A stretch of 64,000 bases of DNA from Eledone cirrhosa (GCA_964016885.1 OZ024742.1:146940001-147004000); one strand, 5' to 3'; counted from the stretch's first letter, positions 39,724-53,225 are shown. Notes: generated from the sequence alone by a model not told the origin. Made by a program: numbers and translations.

Positions 39724-39764
39724 CGTTGCTGACGATAGCTAATAAGCTTGAAACTAGTAGAGCG
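39724..39764 (+). ncRNA. Hammerhead ribozyme, copy 1 (stem I closing pair mismatched)
   Basis: cgttg-CTGACGA-t agct aata agct t-GAAA-CTAG-TA-gagcg. Confidence 0.7.
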
Positions 39765-40145
39765 TTCCTTTGTCAGGGTTGAACAAATGAGCAACGATGG
39801 TTGCTAGACACTACGGCTTAATACGGGATGTTTGTTTACAAACACACCGAGCATTATAATAAATGTTCGGTAAATCCATACATACATATATATATGTGTG
39901 CATGTATGTATATATATATATACATACTACTGTACGTCTGTATACATATATGTATGTACGTGTACATACTTATATTTAAGTAACAGCCGTACTAAGAGTG
40001 GGAAATGAAATTTCGTTTCATTTTTTCCGTTTATCGTTTTCGGTGCACCCAGCCGATTAACCCACTCGATATGCAAATTGGGCTACTCAGCCGTTAATAT
40101 GCATAAGGAAAGTATATACGTTCAACAATCTGGCAGGAAGGTATA

Positions 40146-40186
40146 CGTTGCTGACGATAGCTAATAAGCTTGAAACTAGTACAGCG
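40146..40186 (+). ncRNA. Hammerhead ribozyme, copy 2 (stem I intact)
   Basis: cgttg-CTGACGA-t agct aata agct t-GAAA-CTAG-TA-cagcg; predicted GUA cleavage after 40181. Confidence 0.85.
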
Positions 40187-40450
40187 TTCCTTTGTCAGTG
40201 TTGAACAAACGAGCAACGATGGTTGCTAGACACTACGGCTTAATACGGGATGTTTGTTTACAAACACACCGAGCATTATAATAAATGTTCGGTGAATCCA
40301 TACGTACATATATATGTGTGTACATGTATGTATATATATATATACATACTACTGTACGTCGGTATACATATATGTATGTACGTGTACATACTTATATTTA
40401 AGTAACAGCCGTACTAAGAGTAGGAAATGAAATTTCGTTTCATTTTTTCC

Positions 40451-40499
<49 letters not shown>

Positions 40500-40718
40500 G
40501 AGAGAAATGTATATATATATATATATATATATATATTCAGAGAGACAGAGAGAGAAATGTATAAATGTATATATATATATATATATATACATTTCTCTCT
40601 GTCTCTCTGAATATATATATATATACATTTCTCTCTCTGTCTCTCTGTATATATATATATATATAAACGGAAAAAATGAAAAGAAATTTCATTTCCTACT
40701 CTTAGTACGGCTGTTACT

Positions 40719-40764
<46 letters not shown>

Positions 40765-40843
40765 GAGACAGAGAGAGAAATGTATATATATATATATGCA
40801 CACACACATATATACTTACACACAGATATACAACAGAAATGCA

Positions 40844-40893
<50 letters not shown>

Positions 40894-41252
40894 TCCGTTT
40901 GATAATAACACATTCAGCTAAACAGATTAAAACTTGTAGATGAAGCTAAGTGTATTGATATATGTACAAAGATCTTAACAAATGTCAAACTGTAGTAGGT
41001 TAAGGGTTAACCTGTGTTGATATGAAACCATTTTACCATTAGTAATTTAAATCAATGATGAAACATATATTGAGGCGCCTGTTTAGATACTCAACCAGGT
41101 AAAATGCCAGGTGGGACAATGAACAAATAAACAACAAACATACAATAGTCTAATAACTACACCTAGATCAATCAGCTGGAGGTACAAAATCAGAATAGCT
41201 TCTACACACACACACACACACACATGCACGCACACACCACACATATATATAT

Positions 41253-41480
41253 ATATTCAATATTATTAAGGCTAAAAAGTAAGTCTCGTTACTCTGGAGT
41301 TTCGCCTGTTTATCACAGGGCTATCAGACAAGAACTAACGTTAGTTGTTGTCTGATAACCCTGTGATAAATAGGCAAAACTCCAGAGTAACGAGACTCAT
41401 GTTTAGCCTTAATAACATTGAATATTAAAACTCTACTTCTGTGTTGAGTATTCCTTTCTCTCAGCCGTCAACCACATATG
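41253..41480. mobile_element. Fold-back element with two divergent, decayed hammerheads
   Basis: Palindrome 41253-41425 centred on aactaacgttagtt; arms cttgt-CTGAT(ag/aa)-ccctgt gataa ayaggc-(G/A)AAA-ctc ca gag-TA-acgag. Confidence 0.75.
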
Positions 41481-41486
41481 GATATA

Positions 41487-41609
<123 letters not shown>

Positions 41610-42327
41610 GAAATAAACATTAAAACAGATGTTACATAATCATATTTATTTGATAATACGTATTTCAATGACACCAATATGGAGGTGTGACATCAACCAG
41701 CACTGGTGTGACATCATCAGATGTTAACACAATTATGTGAAGGAATTGATATGTTGAGGGCTAATGCTTCCATGCCTCCATTCTTATGATACATGTCTCT
41801 TCTTTGATATACATATATATTTATATATATATATATTAATATATATATACAATAATTATAATGAGCCAGACAATTAGATTTCATCTAGAAATGCTGTTTT
41901 ACCACTCATTCCATGATTTTACAAAAATCGTATGTTGTAAATACGAATCCTCATATCCAAGTGAACAAACAGTGGATAAACGGATTTGTGTGGGAACGCA
42001 AAGAATACTCTGAACTGTACAGCTTCATCGCTGCATCCTGTAATCAGTTGATGCATTAGCAAAGCATTATGCGCAGTAAGCACTTGTTATTTCCGAAAAA
42101 AATTCAAGAAAGTCTATGAAGTCAGGACCAACAGAGCGAATTATCAACAAAATTCAGTCCTACATTCTAGTGAAGGAATCTTTCCATGATACCAGCAGAA
42201 CCAAACCCAAGACCACTATAGGAGTGGTAGTAGTTCTATATGGCAGCATCATGTGACCTTCTAAAGAGGAAGGTAGTCGAATTCGCTCTTTAATATAATG
42301 CACACTACTGGTGGTTAAATGAAAGCA

Positions 42328-42750
42328 GGTATTGGTATACATTGATATACATTGGCAGATATTGGTAGATATTGGTATACATTGGTAGATCTTGGTAGAT
42401 ATTAGTAGATATTAGTAGATATTGGAAGATATTGGTTGACATTGATCGATATTGGTAGATATTAATAGACATTGGTAGATATTAATAGACATTGGTAGAT
42501 GTTGGTATATATTGATATACATTGGCAGATATTGGTTGGCTTTGGTTGACATCGGTAAATATTGGTAGACATCGGTAGACAATGGTAGATATTGATTGAC
42601 ATTGGCAAATATTGGTAGACATTGGCAAATATTGGTAGACGTTGGTAGATATTGGTAGATATTGGCAGATATTGGTAAATATCGGTAGGCAATGGTAGAT
42701 ATTGGTAGATATTGGTTGACATTGGTAGACATATGAAGACATTATTAGAC
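42328..42750. repeat. 10-bp minisatellite (ATTGGTAGAT)n
   Basis: About 40 diverged tandem copies. Confidence 0.95.
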
Positions 42751-43151
42751 ACTGAACTTATAAAATGTAATAATCGTGATACATTTTATTTCAGTGAAAC
42801 CTAAATATCATTACTTGAGAAACATTTCATAATATCCATTCTGTCATTTATACCTCAGAAAAAATATTGAAATATTGGTCTTTTGATTGATGATGGTTAT
42901 TCGTCTGGAATGGAACTCAATCTTATTAATGTCTTCCAATTATGCTGGAGAAGTAGTCAAAAGATCAAGTCCTAAATGACAATTTAATACCTGATCTGTC
43001 TGGCAACCAACCTTGAGCTGTACACATAGAAGAAATATATAAAATCACGCAGAATGTTATAGCTGCTTCAACGTTTTCTTTTTGCTAAAAGTTTTGTTTA
43101 TTATTAATGAATATATAAAAATGAATCTTCTTTAATTCCAATAAATGCAAC

Positions 43152-43400
43152 TTAACTCTTTCATTACCATATTTGTAACGAAATACACTGCCTATAATGC
43201 TCAAATCATTTTTTAAATAATCAAGAATTTGAAACGATTTAGTAAAATAACAAATTTTCTCATATTTCTAATTGGTACTTCGAATATAATTTAACAAAGG
43301 TTCTTGCATAAAATGATGAAGGAAGTGTTTTTCTGTAAATATAAGCACTTTATTGTAGCATCAGGGATAGAACCAGTCAGTTGGGTATCAAAAGTGTTAA
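43152..43400 (+). mobile_element. piggyBac-type MITE family B
   Basis: TTAA-CTCTTTCATTACC ... GGTATCAAAAGTG-TTAA. Confidence 0.7.
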
Positions 43401-43767
43401 TGACAATTTTATGCTTTATCTATCTGGCAAACAACATCATGATATACTCATAAAAAGATATGAATATAATCACACAAGTTTTTTTGCTAAATATTTTTCT
43501 AGTAAATTATCATCATCATCATCATCATTTAACATCTGCTTTCCATACCGACATGGGTAACATGTTGTCATGATCTGAGACTAGATAAATCAGAGAACCA
43601 CAACTTGCTTATACATTCCATTCTAGCATGATTTCTTAAAGAATATTTCAAAATGCATCTTTTGTAAACTCAATGAATCTAAACTATAATAAACCAAGGG
43701 CTGCGGGACTGCGTACGGTTTATTCTTTTAATCCAGTTAGTAAGTTGGATTACTTTGAATAAATAAT

Positions 43768-43955
43768 TGTTTCTACTATTGGCACAAGGCCAGAAATTTC
43801 CCAGTACATTACTGGTACTTTATTTTATCGACCCCCGTAAGGATGAAAGGCAAAGTTAACCTCGGCGGGATTTGAACTCAGAATGGCAAGGGCCGTAACT
43901 CTATGCGTCAAAGCATGACGTCCGAACTTCTACCGATACTGCCAATCCACCAATG
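43768..43955 (-). mobile_element. tRNA-derived SINE with Meta-like domain, nested in the Helitron 5' end
   Basis: Minus strand: GAGTTCAAATCC B box, gcctttcatccttacgggggtcgataaaataaagtacc. Confidence 0.85.
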
Positions 43956-44447
43956 AATGAATATTACATATTTTATGTACTAAATTTCGTAAACAAATAA
44001 TTTCGTAAAAATAAATAATCTAAAATTGACTTCTTTTCAAAGTTGCACTTCCGGTATATCGTCGCCACCACCACCACCACTTCAACTACCATATATATAG
44101 AAAGAGAGAGAGTGTGTGATGAGAGAGATAGAGAGATTATGATTTTCTGACGCGTATGAGTGTGCACATACATACATCTATATGTATGAGTATATAACTA
44201 TAATCGCGCAAACGCAAACTTATAAAAATACACACTCACGGACATAATTCAGATAAATACTCATACATTCACACATACTTTCACGCAAACATACATACAT
44301 TCACACATATACATTTACACAAACACACAGTCATGATAGCGTTCGGTTTAATTGGAAATGGGAGGGTAAAACAAGTATAACGTTTTATTTATTTATTAAC
44401 TTTTTATTTATTTATTAACTCTTTTTTTTTAAACTCGTTTAATATAA

Positions 44448-44930
44448 CTAGCAGAAAAACCAGCCTTCGGGTGGTTTTCTGCTAGCTTGTGTAGTGTGTA
44501 TATTGATATTATAAGCAAGTATATATGCATGTAGATATGATACATCAAATAAAACCGTAATTGACAATATACACAGAAATTGAACGAAGACTCTGTTACA
44601 CTGTCGTATGTAATCAGAAACGTAATCCATGATACATGAAAAAAAGACGATATATATATAAACTGCATTAGGAGAAAATTAGTGACAGAAATATATGAAT
44701 ATTTATGTATTCAATCGCTAATCGGAAGTGTTGACATTTTAAATTTTAAAGAAGTGAATCTTTAAATAAGTAATAAAATATATTTAATGAACAGCCACGA
44801 AATTTAGTAGATAAATTATGTAATATTCATTCATTATTTATTCAAAGTAATCCAACTTATTTTACTAAGGGGATAAAAAAAATTATAAACTGTACGTAGT
44901 CCCGCACTTCTTACTTTATTATAGTTTAGA
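44448..44930 (-). mobile_element. Complete non-autonomous Helitron
   Basis: Minus strand: A|TCTAAACTATAAT ... hairpin ... CTAG|T. Confidence 0.88.
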
Positions 44931-45013
44931 TTAAGCCCTGTTGTACGCTCATTGATTAGATATATATAAATGTAATAGCATATAAATCATGTCTGATGCA
45001 GACACACACATGC

Positions 45014-45046
<33 letters not shown>

Positions 45047-45162
45047 CACACACACATACATACCACACCACACACAAATCGTCTTCCAAAGTTAGTGAAG
45101 CTATTATTAATCCTCCCCGAGTGAAGTAACTTGCAAATTCTTCGTAATTCAAGAAATGCAAT

Positions 45163-45373
45163 CTGGTCTGAAGTGCGCATGCACGAAGGCTGGTCCGTAC
45201 TGCACATGCGCGAGGGTTGGTTCGTACTGCGCATGCACGAAGGCTGGTCCGAAGTGCGCATGCGTGAAGGCTGCTCTGAGTGCACATGCGCGAAGGCTGG
45301 TCCGAAGTGCGCATGCATGAAGTCTGGTCCAAAGTGTGCATGCACGAAGTCGGATCCGTACTGCGCATGCACG
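45163..45373. repeat. About 27-bp tandem repeat carrying TGCGCATGC(G/A)C motifs
   Basis: ctggtccgaagtgcgcatgcacgaagg repeated about 8 times. Confidence 0.85.
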
Positions 45374-45410
45374 AATATATATATATATACATACATATAT
45401 ATATATATAT

Positions 45411-45550
45411 GGTGGCTGCCAACTCGTTTTCGAGTACGGCCACTACTTTATATCCATGTAGGAGAACCCCTACCGATGCGCTGAACGAGTGTGACATTTT
45501 AGTCCAGCCAGCGACTTGAAAACTCTGGTACAAACACTACACTTGTGACA
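45411..45550 (-). mobile_element. 3' tip of an RTE/BovB-like LINE (C2H2 finger + short UTR)
   Basis: Minus strand translates CSVCTRVFKSLAGLKCHTRSAHR*, followed by an actcg-aaaa-cgagt stem. Confidence 0.65.
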
Positions 45551-45723
45551 ATTATATATATATATATATATAGACACACATACATACCGCACACAAATCG
45601 TCTTCCGAGGTTAGTGAAGCTGTTATTAATCCTCCCCGGATAAAGTAACTTGCAAATTCTTCGTAATTCTTGAACTGCAATAATACATCTAATGGACACA
45701 CTCTCTAGAATAGATATATTTGT

Positions 45724-45762
<39 letters not shown>

Positions 45763-46564
45763 GTAGATAGAAAGGTGGGTTGGTAGGTAGATAGATAGGT
45801 CGATAGATTGATACGTAGATATATAGGTAGGTAGATAGGAAGATAGATGATAGTGTGGTTATCTGTATATGTGGCTGTGTGTTTGTATGTGAAGATGTGG
45901 AAATAAGGAAAGGATAATTTACAGTACCAATGATTCAATCCACAGGTGTATATTCTTTTTACCATTGCATAAGTACATAGACTCACTCACACACGTATAT
46001 ATATATATATATATATGTGTGTGTGGTGTGTTTATGTGTGTATCTGTGTGTGTGCATAAGTGTTTATGTGTATATATATGTGTGTGTGTATCTGTTTGCT
46101 TATGTGTGTTACTCTATCTGTGTATGTGTGTGAGTTTATGTCCTTGTGTGTCTCGTGATTGTAATGTTGAGAGTTTGAATCCCATCAGTGCGTTGTGTTC
46201 TTGAGCAAGACACTTTATTTCGCCTTTCTTCTCTCCACTGAAGTAAAAAAAAGTCTCTGCTAGTAAGTCAAAGAACCAATGTAGTCCTACCCTGAAACCC
46301 CCTGTTATACGTGTCTATGGAATGCTCAGACACTCTCACCTTAATTTCAGGCAGTTCCATTTGAGAAACCTAGCTGGAAGAATCCTCATTGCAAGTGATA
46401 GGGTACCATCATACATATGAACACATAGATACACACACGCGTTTCAAAGAGAATAGACGAGATCAATAAAATAAGTACTAGATTTTAAAATATATGTACT
46501 GGAATTGAGGTCAAGAAAATCCTTTAATCGTGGTACCCCAGTATGGGCTCAGTCTAACGTCTGA

Positions 46565-49500
46565 AACAAGTGCAGGCCAGAGAATTGTTCTTCCTCCTTC
46601 AATCTATGGTTTCCCTCGCTTCTACAGTGAGTGCTTTCAAAATTCGATGACTGTGGTTCGACACATGGGAAAGCCATCTTATTTCATCACGGTAACAACT
46701 AACCCTAACTGGGATAAAATAAAAAAATAGTTTGCACCATGGTGAAGAACCTAGAGACCGTCCTGATATTTGTGCAAGAGTCTTCAAGATCAAGTATGAC
46801 AGCCTCATGGGTGACATACTGAAAAAATTGTCCTAGGAAAGGTTGTGGCTCATTTTGCTACAATAGAGAGGCAGAAAACGAGGCCTTACTCATGCTCATA
46901 TTCTTCTGATAATGGCTGAAGATAGCAAGCCCAAAACTGCTGATGCCATTGATCAGGTAGTGTACTGTGAGATTTCTGATAAAGAGACCAATCCAATTCT
47001 GCATAAGATCATCACATCCTGCAAAATTCATGGCCCATGTGCACAAGCTAATATGATGTGCTCGTGTATGGAAGGACTAGAAAACAACGCCATTGCTCAA
47101 AAAGTTATCCCAAGGCATGCAGACAAACCACATTTGTTACCAAAAATTCCTTTCCAGAGTATCGAAGAAGGGATAGACAGCATGGTGGTCACACCCATAC
47201 AATCCAACATAAAGGTCAAGAATTTACTGTTGATAATCGTTGGATTGTTCCATACAACCCTTTCCTCTCATTGAGATATCAGTGCCACATCAATTGTGAA
47301 GTTGTCCACAGTGTCAAGGCTGTTAAGTACTTATATAAGTACATCACAAAAGGATCAGACAAGATCACTTTATTGATTAAGGATGATCAAGGAAATTGTG
47401 TCCATTCCCAAAATGAGATTGAGACCGATATCAATGCACGGTACATCTCAGCCAGTGAAGCATTCTGGAGAATCTATAAATTTCCATTACATCATCGAAA
47501 ACCACCAGTTGAAAAGTTGCCTTGCCATTTACCTGGGGAACAAATGGTCATGTATAAGTGAGGGCAGGAAGAAAGTATTGTTTCTAGGGGACAGCCAATG
47601 ACTAAGTTGACGGAATATTTTCAACTGAATATTAGAGACCCACTGGCACAAAACATATTGTATATTGATATTCCTAAACTTGGACAAACAAAAGGTGGCA
47701 AAGAAGAAAAAAGGGACATCTGGATGGTGATCAACAATTTATGAGTGAATCTCTTGGACGCATTCCAACAGTATCTCTCACTAGACATCAATCTGAATAA
47801 TATTACCTCAGGATTATCCTACATCACAAGGCTAGGTCAACTTCAGACAAAGATTTGAGGACAATTGAAGCAGTTGAATTTCCAACATTCCAAGAAGCAT
47901 GCAGGAAACTTGGTCTGTTAGATGATGATGGAGAAAAAGACAAAGCTATGGAAGAGGCCTCATCCATTACGCTTGGTGCTCAGCTGCGGGAGATCTTCTG
48001 CACCATTTTATTGTACTGCATGCCAAATGACCCTCTTCAGTTCTGGGAGAAATGGAAGAATTGTCTTGCAGAGGATATCATGCATGAACGTCATGAGCAA
48101 GACATGTCGAAGCAAACCATGCAGATTGTTCTACAGAAGATCCAACAAAGACTTCAACATGTCTTGGACATTCATGCCAACTATGGACTTCCTCGACCAG
48201 ACCCAACTATTGTTGCCATACCAGAAATCAACAGGGTTCTTATGGCAGAAACTGATTTCAATACACACCAACTGCAAGCAAACATAAATGAACTTCAGCC
48301 AACATTGAATCCTGAGCAACTGGGTATTTTTCACAAAGTAATTACCTCTGTAAATGAAAATGAAGGCAGAATGTTCTGCTTGACTGCAAGTGCAGGTATA
48401 GGAAAGACCTATGTCATAAACATCCTATTGGATTACCTCTGATCTAAAAAAAATTGCACTTGCCACTGCCATATCTGGAATAGTGCAAGATTCCTCTGTG
48501 ACTGCTGAATCAATTTGCTTCTTCACAAAGAGGGATGACACAGATAAACTTATGCAGCAAGCTGACCTGCTAATCATTGATGAGATAGGTATGGGACATA
48601 AGCATATCTTTGAATGCCTTGACAAGAGCTTCAAAGATGTTCGAGATTGAAAAAAGCCATTTGGTGGTCTAACAGTATTACTATCTGGTGACTGGAAGCA
48701 AATTCTTCCAGTTGTACATCATGCTGCTAGACCACAAATAGTTGAGGCAACCATCAAGAGATCCTATCTCTGAGACTATGTGGAAACCATGGAGATGACA
48801 ACCAATCAACAGTTAATTAATGCAGAGGATTCTGATGAAAGACAGTTTGCAAACTACCTTCTTGATGTGGGAAATGGTAACATGTAGGTGCATTCACAAT
48901 TCTTCTGCCAAATGAACTTTGTCTGGAATATGGTAATGTGTCTGGACTGTGTGATTTTGTGTATACAAATCTTCCAGGAAACTACACAAACCCACTATGA
49001 CTTGCAAATAGAGCCATTATCACTCCAACAAATGATACAGCAAGATTGGTGAATGAGTTCATGGTCAACAAGTTCCCTGGTCATGAAATAATCTACAGAA
49101 GCACTGATACAGTAGATAATGAACTGCAATATCCAATTGAGTTCATCAACAAACTTACCCCATCGGGCTTCCCAACATACATACTTAAACTGAAGAAAGC
49201 CAGTTGCATCATGCTTCTGAGAAATCTGGATCCTCTAAACGGGCATTGCAATGGTACACGCTACATCATCAGTTTACATAATCATGTAATTGAAGCTGAA
49301 GTGGCATTGGGTCCCAATGCTGGAACAAGGTTGCTAATACCAAGGATACCACATGTATCTCAAGATCTTGAGTTCCCTTTCACCTTTACTCGCAAGCAAT
49401 TTCCTGTCAAACAAGCCTTTGCCCTTACATGCAACAAGGCACAAGGGCAGACATTTGAAAAGATAGGTGTATATCTACCAACACAATTCTTCTAACATGG

Positions 49501-49620
49501 TTACTACCAACACAATTCTTCTCATATGTTGCATTATCACGAGTTACAAAAAAGAAAATATAAAAATATTAAATGAAAGGGGTCTGTTTGCTGACAACTG
49601 TGTCTACAAAGAAATTCTAC
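46565..49620 (+). pseudogene. Helitron RepHel (HUH Rep + Pif1 helicase), multiply disrupted
   Basis: GKPSYFITVTTNPNW, DRPDICARVF, QKRGLTHAHIL, NRWIVPYNPFL, KYLYKYITKG, RYISASEAFWRI, AGIGKT, LIIDE, GDWKQILPV, NGHCNGTR, TCNKAQGQT, YVALSRV. Confidence 0.95.
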
Positions 49621-50616
49621 AGCTATCACTCTCTTTTAGTTGAAATGCATTTCAGTTACTTTTTAACTGCTAGAAAGGGACACTACAAAAACTTAAGAAG
49701 TCTATATGTGAATACAGTAAAACAACAATATAGCGAAAGTCAACTCTTCATATTGGTAAATGTAATTCATTCATACCAGCAGCATCTATTTTCAAATTCA
49801 CTGCTTGAAGCTTCCCTTCGACATTCTTAAGTGAAGATTCATGAACATTTTCCGTCAACAGTTTCATCGCTTTTCCATCTCCATTATCGCCTTTTTTTAA
49901 AATGTATCATGGATTACTTTACTGATTACAGAAGTAAGTGTAACACAGTCTTTGTTCGGTTTATGTGCATATTGTCAATTTACGTATTATATCTATGTGC
50001 ATATATATTTGCGTATATCAATATACACACTATATATGCTAGCAGAAACCGCCCGATGGGCGGTTCTTCTGTTAGTATAACTAAAGACATACAATAAAGT
50101 CTATAAGATTGTAATTAGGTTTAGACAATTATAAACACAGCAAGTGTTTTAATGGAATTTTCCTCTGCTAAGGCATGGGTTAGCCTCAGAGGTCCCATGA
50201 AAGCTTTCATGTTCCTCATGGGGTCCATTTTTGCGTTTTTGATACCATCCCATCTAAAACTGCCATTATTTCTATGAAACAAAACCATCCATTTTAAAAG
50301 TTCCCGCTTAAATTAAAACCATTCACATAATTATAAGAACATTTTTTTATGTTACAAATGTATCTTAATGAAATTATAATTTTAATAAGTAATTAATTAA
50401 AATACAAAGTATTTCATTATAAATAAGGTAATAAAAGGGTTAAAGCAAAGTTTTACGATTGGATGCTCTTCCTGGTACCAACCCTTTTAGTTGCTTTTTA
50501 CAACATGCAGAGATATGGTGTACTTATTTTAAATTAGGCATACACACAGCAAATTTAGACAAAAAAGCATTTCTAAAAAGATTTTTTTTCTACTTTCATA
50601 TTATAATTGTCTAAAA

Positions 50617-51290
50617 TCTAAACTACAATAAAGGAAGGTCTGCGGTATTGCGTACGGCTTATTTTTTTTTTTTATCCCATTTGTAAAATAAGTTGGATTA
50701 CTTTGAATAAATAATGAATCTACTCAATTCTGTAAACAAAAATAATTTCGTAAAAATAAATAATTTCAAATTGACTTCTTTTCAAAGATGCACTGCTGGT
50801 ATATCGTCGCCACCACCACTACTTCAACTACCATATATATAGAAAGAGAGAGTGTGTGTGATGAGAGATTATGATTTTCTAAATCTGATGCGTATGAGTG
50901 TGCACATACATACATCTATATGTATGAGTATATAACTATAATCGCGCAAACACAAACTTATAAAAATACACTCTCACGGACATAATTCACACAAATATAC
51001 ATACATTCACACATATACATTTACACAAACACACACATACAGTCATGATAGCGTTCGGTTTAATTGCAAATGGGAGGGTATACTTTCACACAAATATGCA
51101 TACATTCACACATACATACAAACATTCACACAAACATACATACATTCACACATATACATTTACACAAACATTCATACATATACATTTACACAAACACACA
51201 CATACAGTCATGATAGCATTCAGTTTAATTGGAAATGGGAGGGTAAAACAAGTATAACGTTTTATTTATTTATTAACTCTTTTTTTGCCG
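50617..51290 (+). mobile_element. Helitron 5' segment (paralog of 43678-44430 without the SINE)
   Basis: A|TCTAAACTACAAT start; collinear homology. Confidence 0.8.
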
Positions 51291-51437
51291 GGACTGTGGG
51301 TGGGCCCCATCGCGTACCAATACATTAGTTAAATACCATTCTTTCATCTGATATATCTCTAAATTATATTTTGTACAATAATAAATTACGTTTAAATATA
51401 ATGGTTACAGAACGAATACACTATCAAATATAATATA

Positions 51438-52083
51438 TCTAAACTACAATAAAGTAAGAAGTGCGGGACTGAGTACGGTTTATAATTTTTTATCCCATTA
51501 GTAAAATAAGTTGGATTACTTTGAATAAATAATGAATGAATATTACAAATTGTATCTACTAAATTTCGTGGCTGATCATTAAATATATTTTATTACTTAT
51601 TTAAAGATTCACTTCTTTAAAATTTAAAATGTCAACACTTCCGATTAGCGATTGAATAAATAAATATTCATATATTTCTGTCACTAATTTTCTCTAATGT
51701 AGTTTATATATAATATCGTCTTTTTTCATGTATCATGTATTACGTTACTGATTACATACGACAGTGTAACACAGTCTGCATTCAATTTCTGTGTATATTG
51801 TCAATTACGATTTTATTTGATCATATCTACATGCATATATACTTGCGTATAATATCAATATACACACTTCACATGCTAACAGATATATAATATCGTCTTT
51901 TTTTAATGTATCATGGATTATGTTACTGATTACAGAAGACAGTGTAACACAGTCGTCGTTCACTTTCTGTGTATATTGTCAATTACGGTTTTATTTGATG
52001 TATCATATCTACATGCGTATAATATCAATATACACACTACACAAGCTAGCAGAAAACCACCCGAAGGGTGGTTTTTCTGCTAG
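51438..52083 (+). mobile_element. Complete non-autonomous Helitron with duplicated 3' segment
   Basis: A|TC ... AACCACCC-GAA-GGGTGGTT ... CTAG|T. Confidence 0.9.
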
Positions 52084-52607
52084 TAACAATAATAATTTAG
52101 ACGATTATGAATTTAAAGACAAAGGTAATTTTTTAGAAATGTGTTTTTTTTAATTATTTAAAATTGGTTCTTATCTTTTCTCTGAAATCAAGTTTCAATA
52201 AAATTGAGCAATGTTGCTTTACAGTGTTATTGGATTCTTTTAATATATTGCAGAGTGATCGTTGAAATGAATCCTTTCAAATAACTGGAAGTTTCCAGAG
52301 TACTTGACAGCTTCCATTACCTAGGTTACGAAATTAGCAGTGCTGGTGATATTAATGATGGGGGTGGATAACAACAATGAGGAATACAACGATGATGAAG
52401 ATGATGATCATGGTGTTGTTGCTGGTGGTGATGGTAGTGGTGGTGGTGGTGGTAGTGGTGGTGGTGGTGATGGTGGTAGCACTGCTGCCGCTGCTGATGA
52501 TGATAATAACAATGATTATTATTACACATTAACAAGATTTCATAGTATTGTATTAAATTGTATTACTAGAATAGAAAATAGATGTTAAACAGTGATGAGA
52601 GTGATAA

Positions 52608-52643
<36 letters not shown>

Positions 52644-52644
52644 C

Positions 52645-53038
52645 AACACAACAAAAAGCACCCCGCCCACACCATAAAGCAGTCGTGATGGCAACATGGC
52701 AAAAAGCACCCAGCCCACACCATAAAGCAGTCGTGATGGCGACATGGCAAAAAGCACCCAGCCCACACCATAAAGCAGTCGTGATGGTGTCACGACAAAA
52801 AGCACCCAGTCCACAATGTAAAGTGGTCATGTAGGCATCATGACAAAAAGCACCCAGTACTCACTGTAAATGAGGTTGGCATTAGGAAGGGCATCCAACT
52901 GTAGAAACCAAGCCAAAATCGGTTCTGTATGAACAAGGCATGGTCATTTGACCTGGCATTGCTCACAACAGGATAACTCATCTAACCCATGCTAACGTGG
53001 AAACATGGACATCAAATGGTGGTGATGATGATGATGAT
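52645..53038 (+). mobile_element. RTE 3' UTR fragment with 48-bp tandem expansion
   Basis: aaaaagcacccagcccacac units; (GAT)n tail. Confidence 0.85.
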
Positions 53039-53225
53039 ATATAATATTTATAAAAAGGAATATATGATGATATATGATATTTATAAAAAGGAATATATGA
53101 TGATATATGATATTTATAAAAAGGAATATATGATGATATATGATATTTATAAAAAGGAATATATGATGATATATGATATTTATAAAAAGGAATATATGAT
53201 GATATATGATATTTATAAAAAGGAA
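53030..53225. repeat. 33-bp minisatellite (about 6 copies)
   Basis: gatgatatatgatatttataaaaaggaatatat. Confidence 0.92.

Larger units (their letters stand above)
39564..40725 (+). mobile_element. Non-coding tandem hammerhead element (retrozyme / Penelope-pLTR-like), unit about 422-430 bp, with inverted terminal copies
   Basis: Direct repeats 39656-40035 and 40086-40453; inverted end copies 39564-39655 and 40665-40725; one hammerhead per unit; no ORF. Confidence 0.85.
43678..50075 (+). mobile_element. Decayed autonomous Helitron (with nested insertions)
   Basis: 5' A|TC at 43678; Rep/helicase remnants; 3' hairpin AACCGCCC-GAT-GGGCGGTT then TTAG|T. Linking the 5' end to the coding part is inferred. 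Confidence 0.75.

Noticed and set aside
42412-42752. Three overlapping NIYQYLP-repeat ORFs
   Set aside because: Translation of a 10-bp minisatellite
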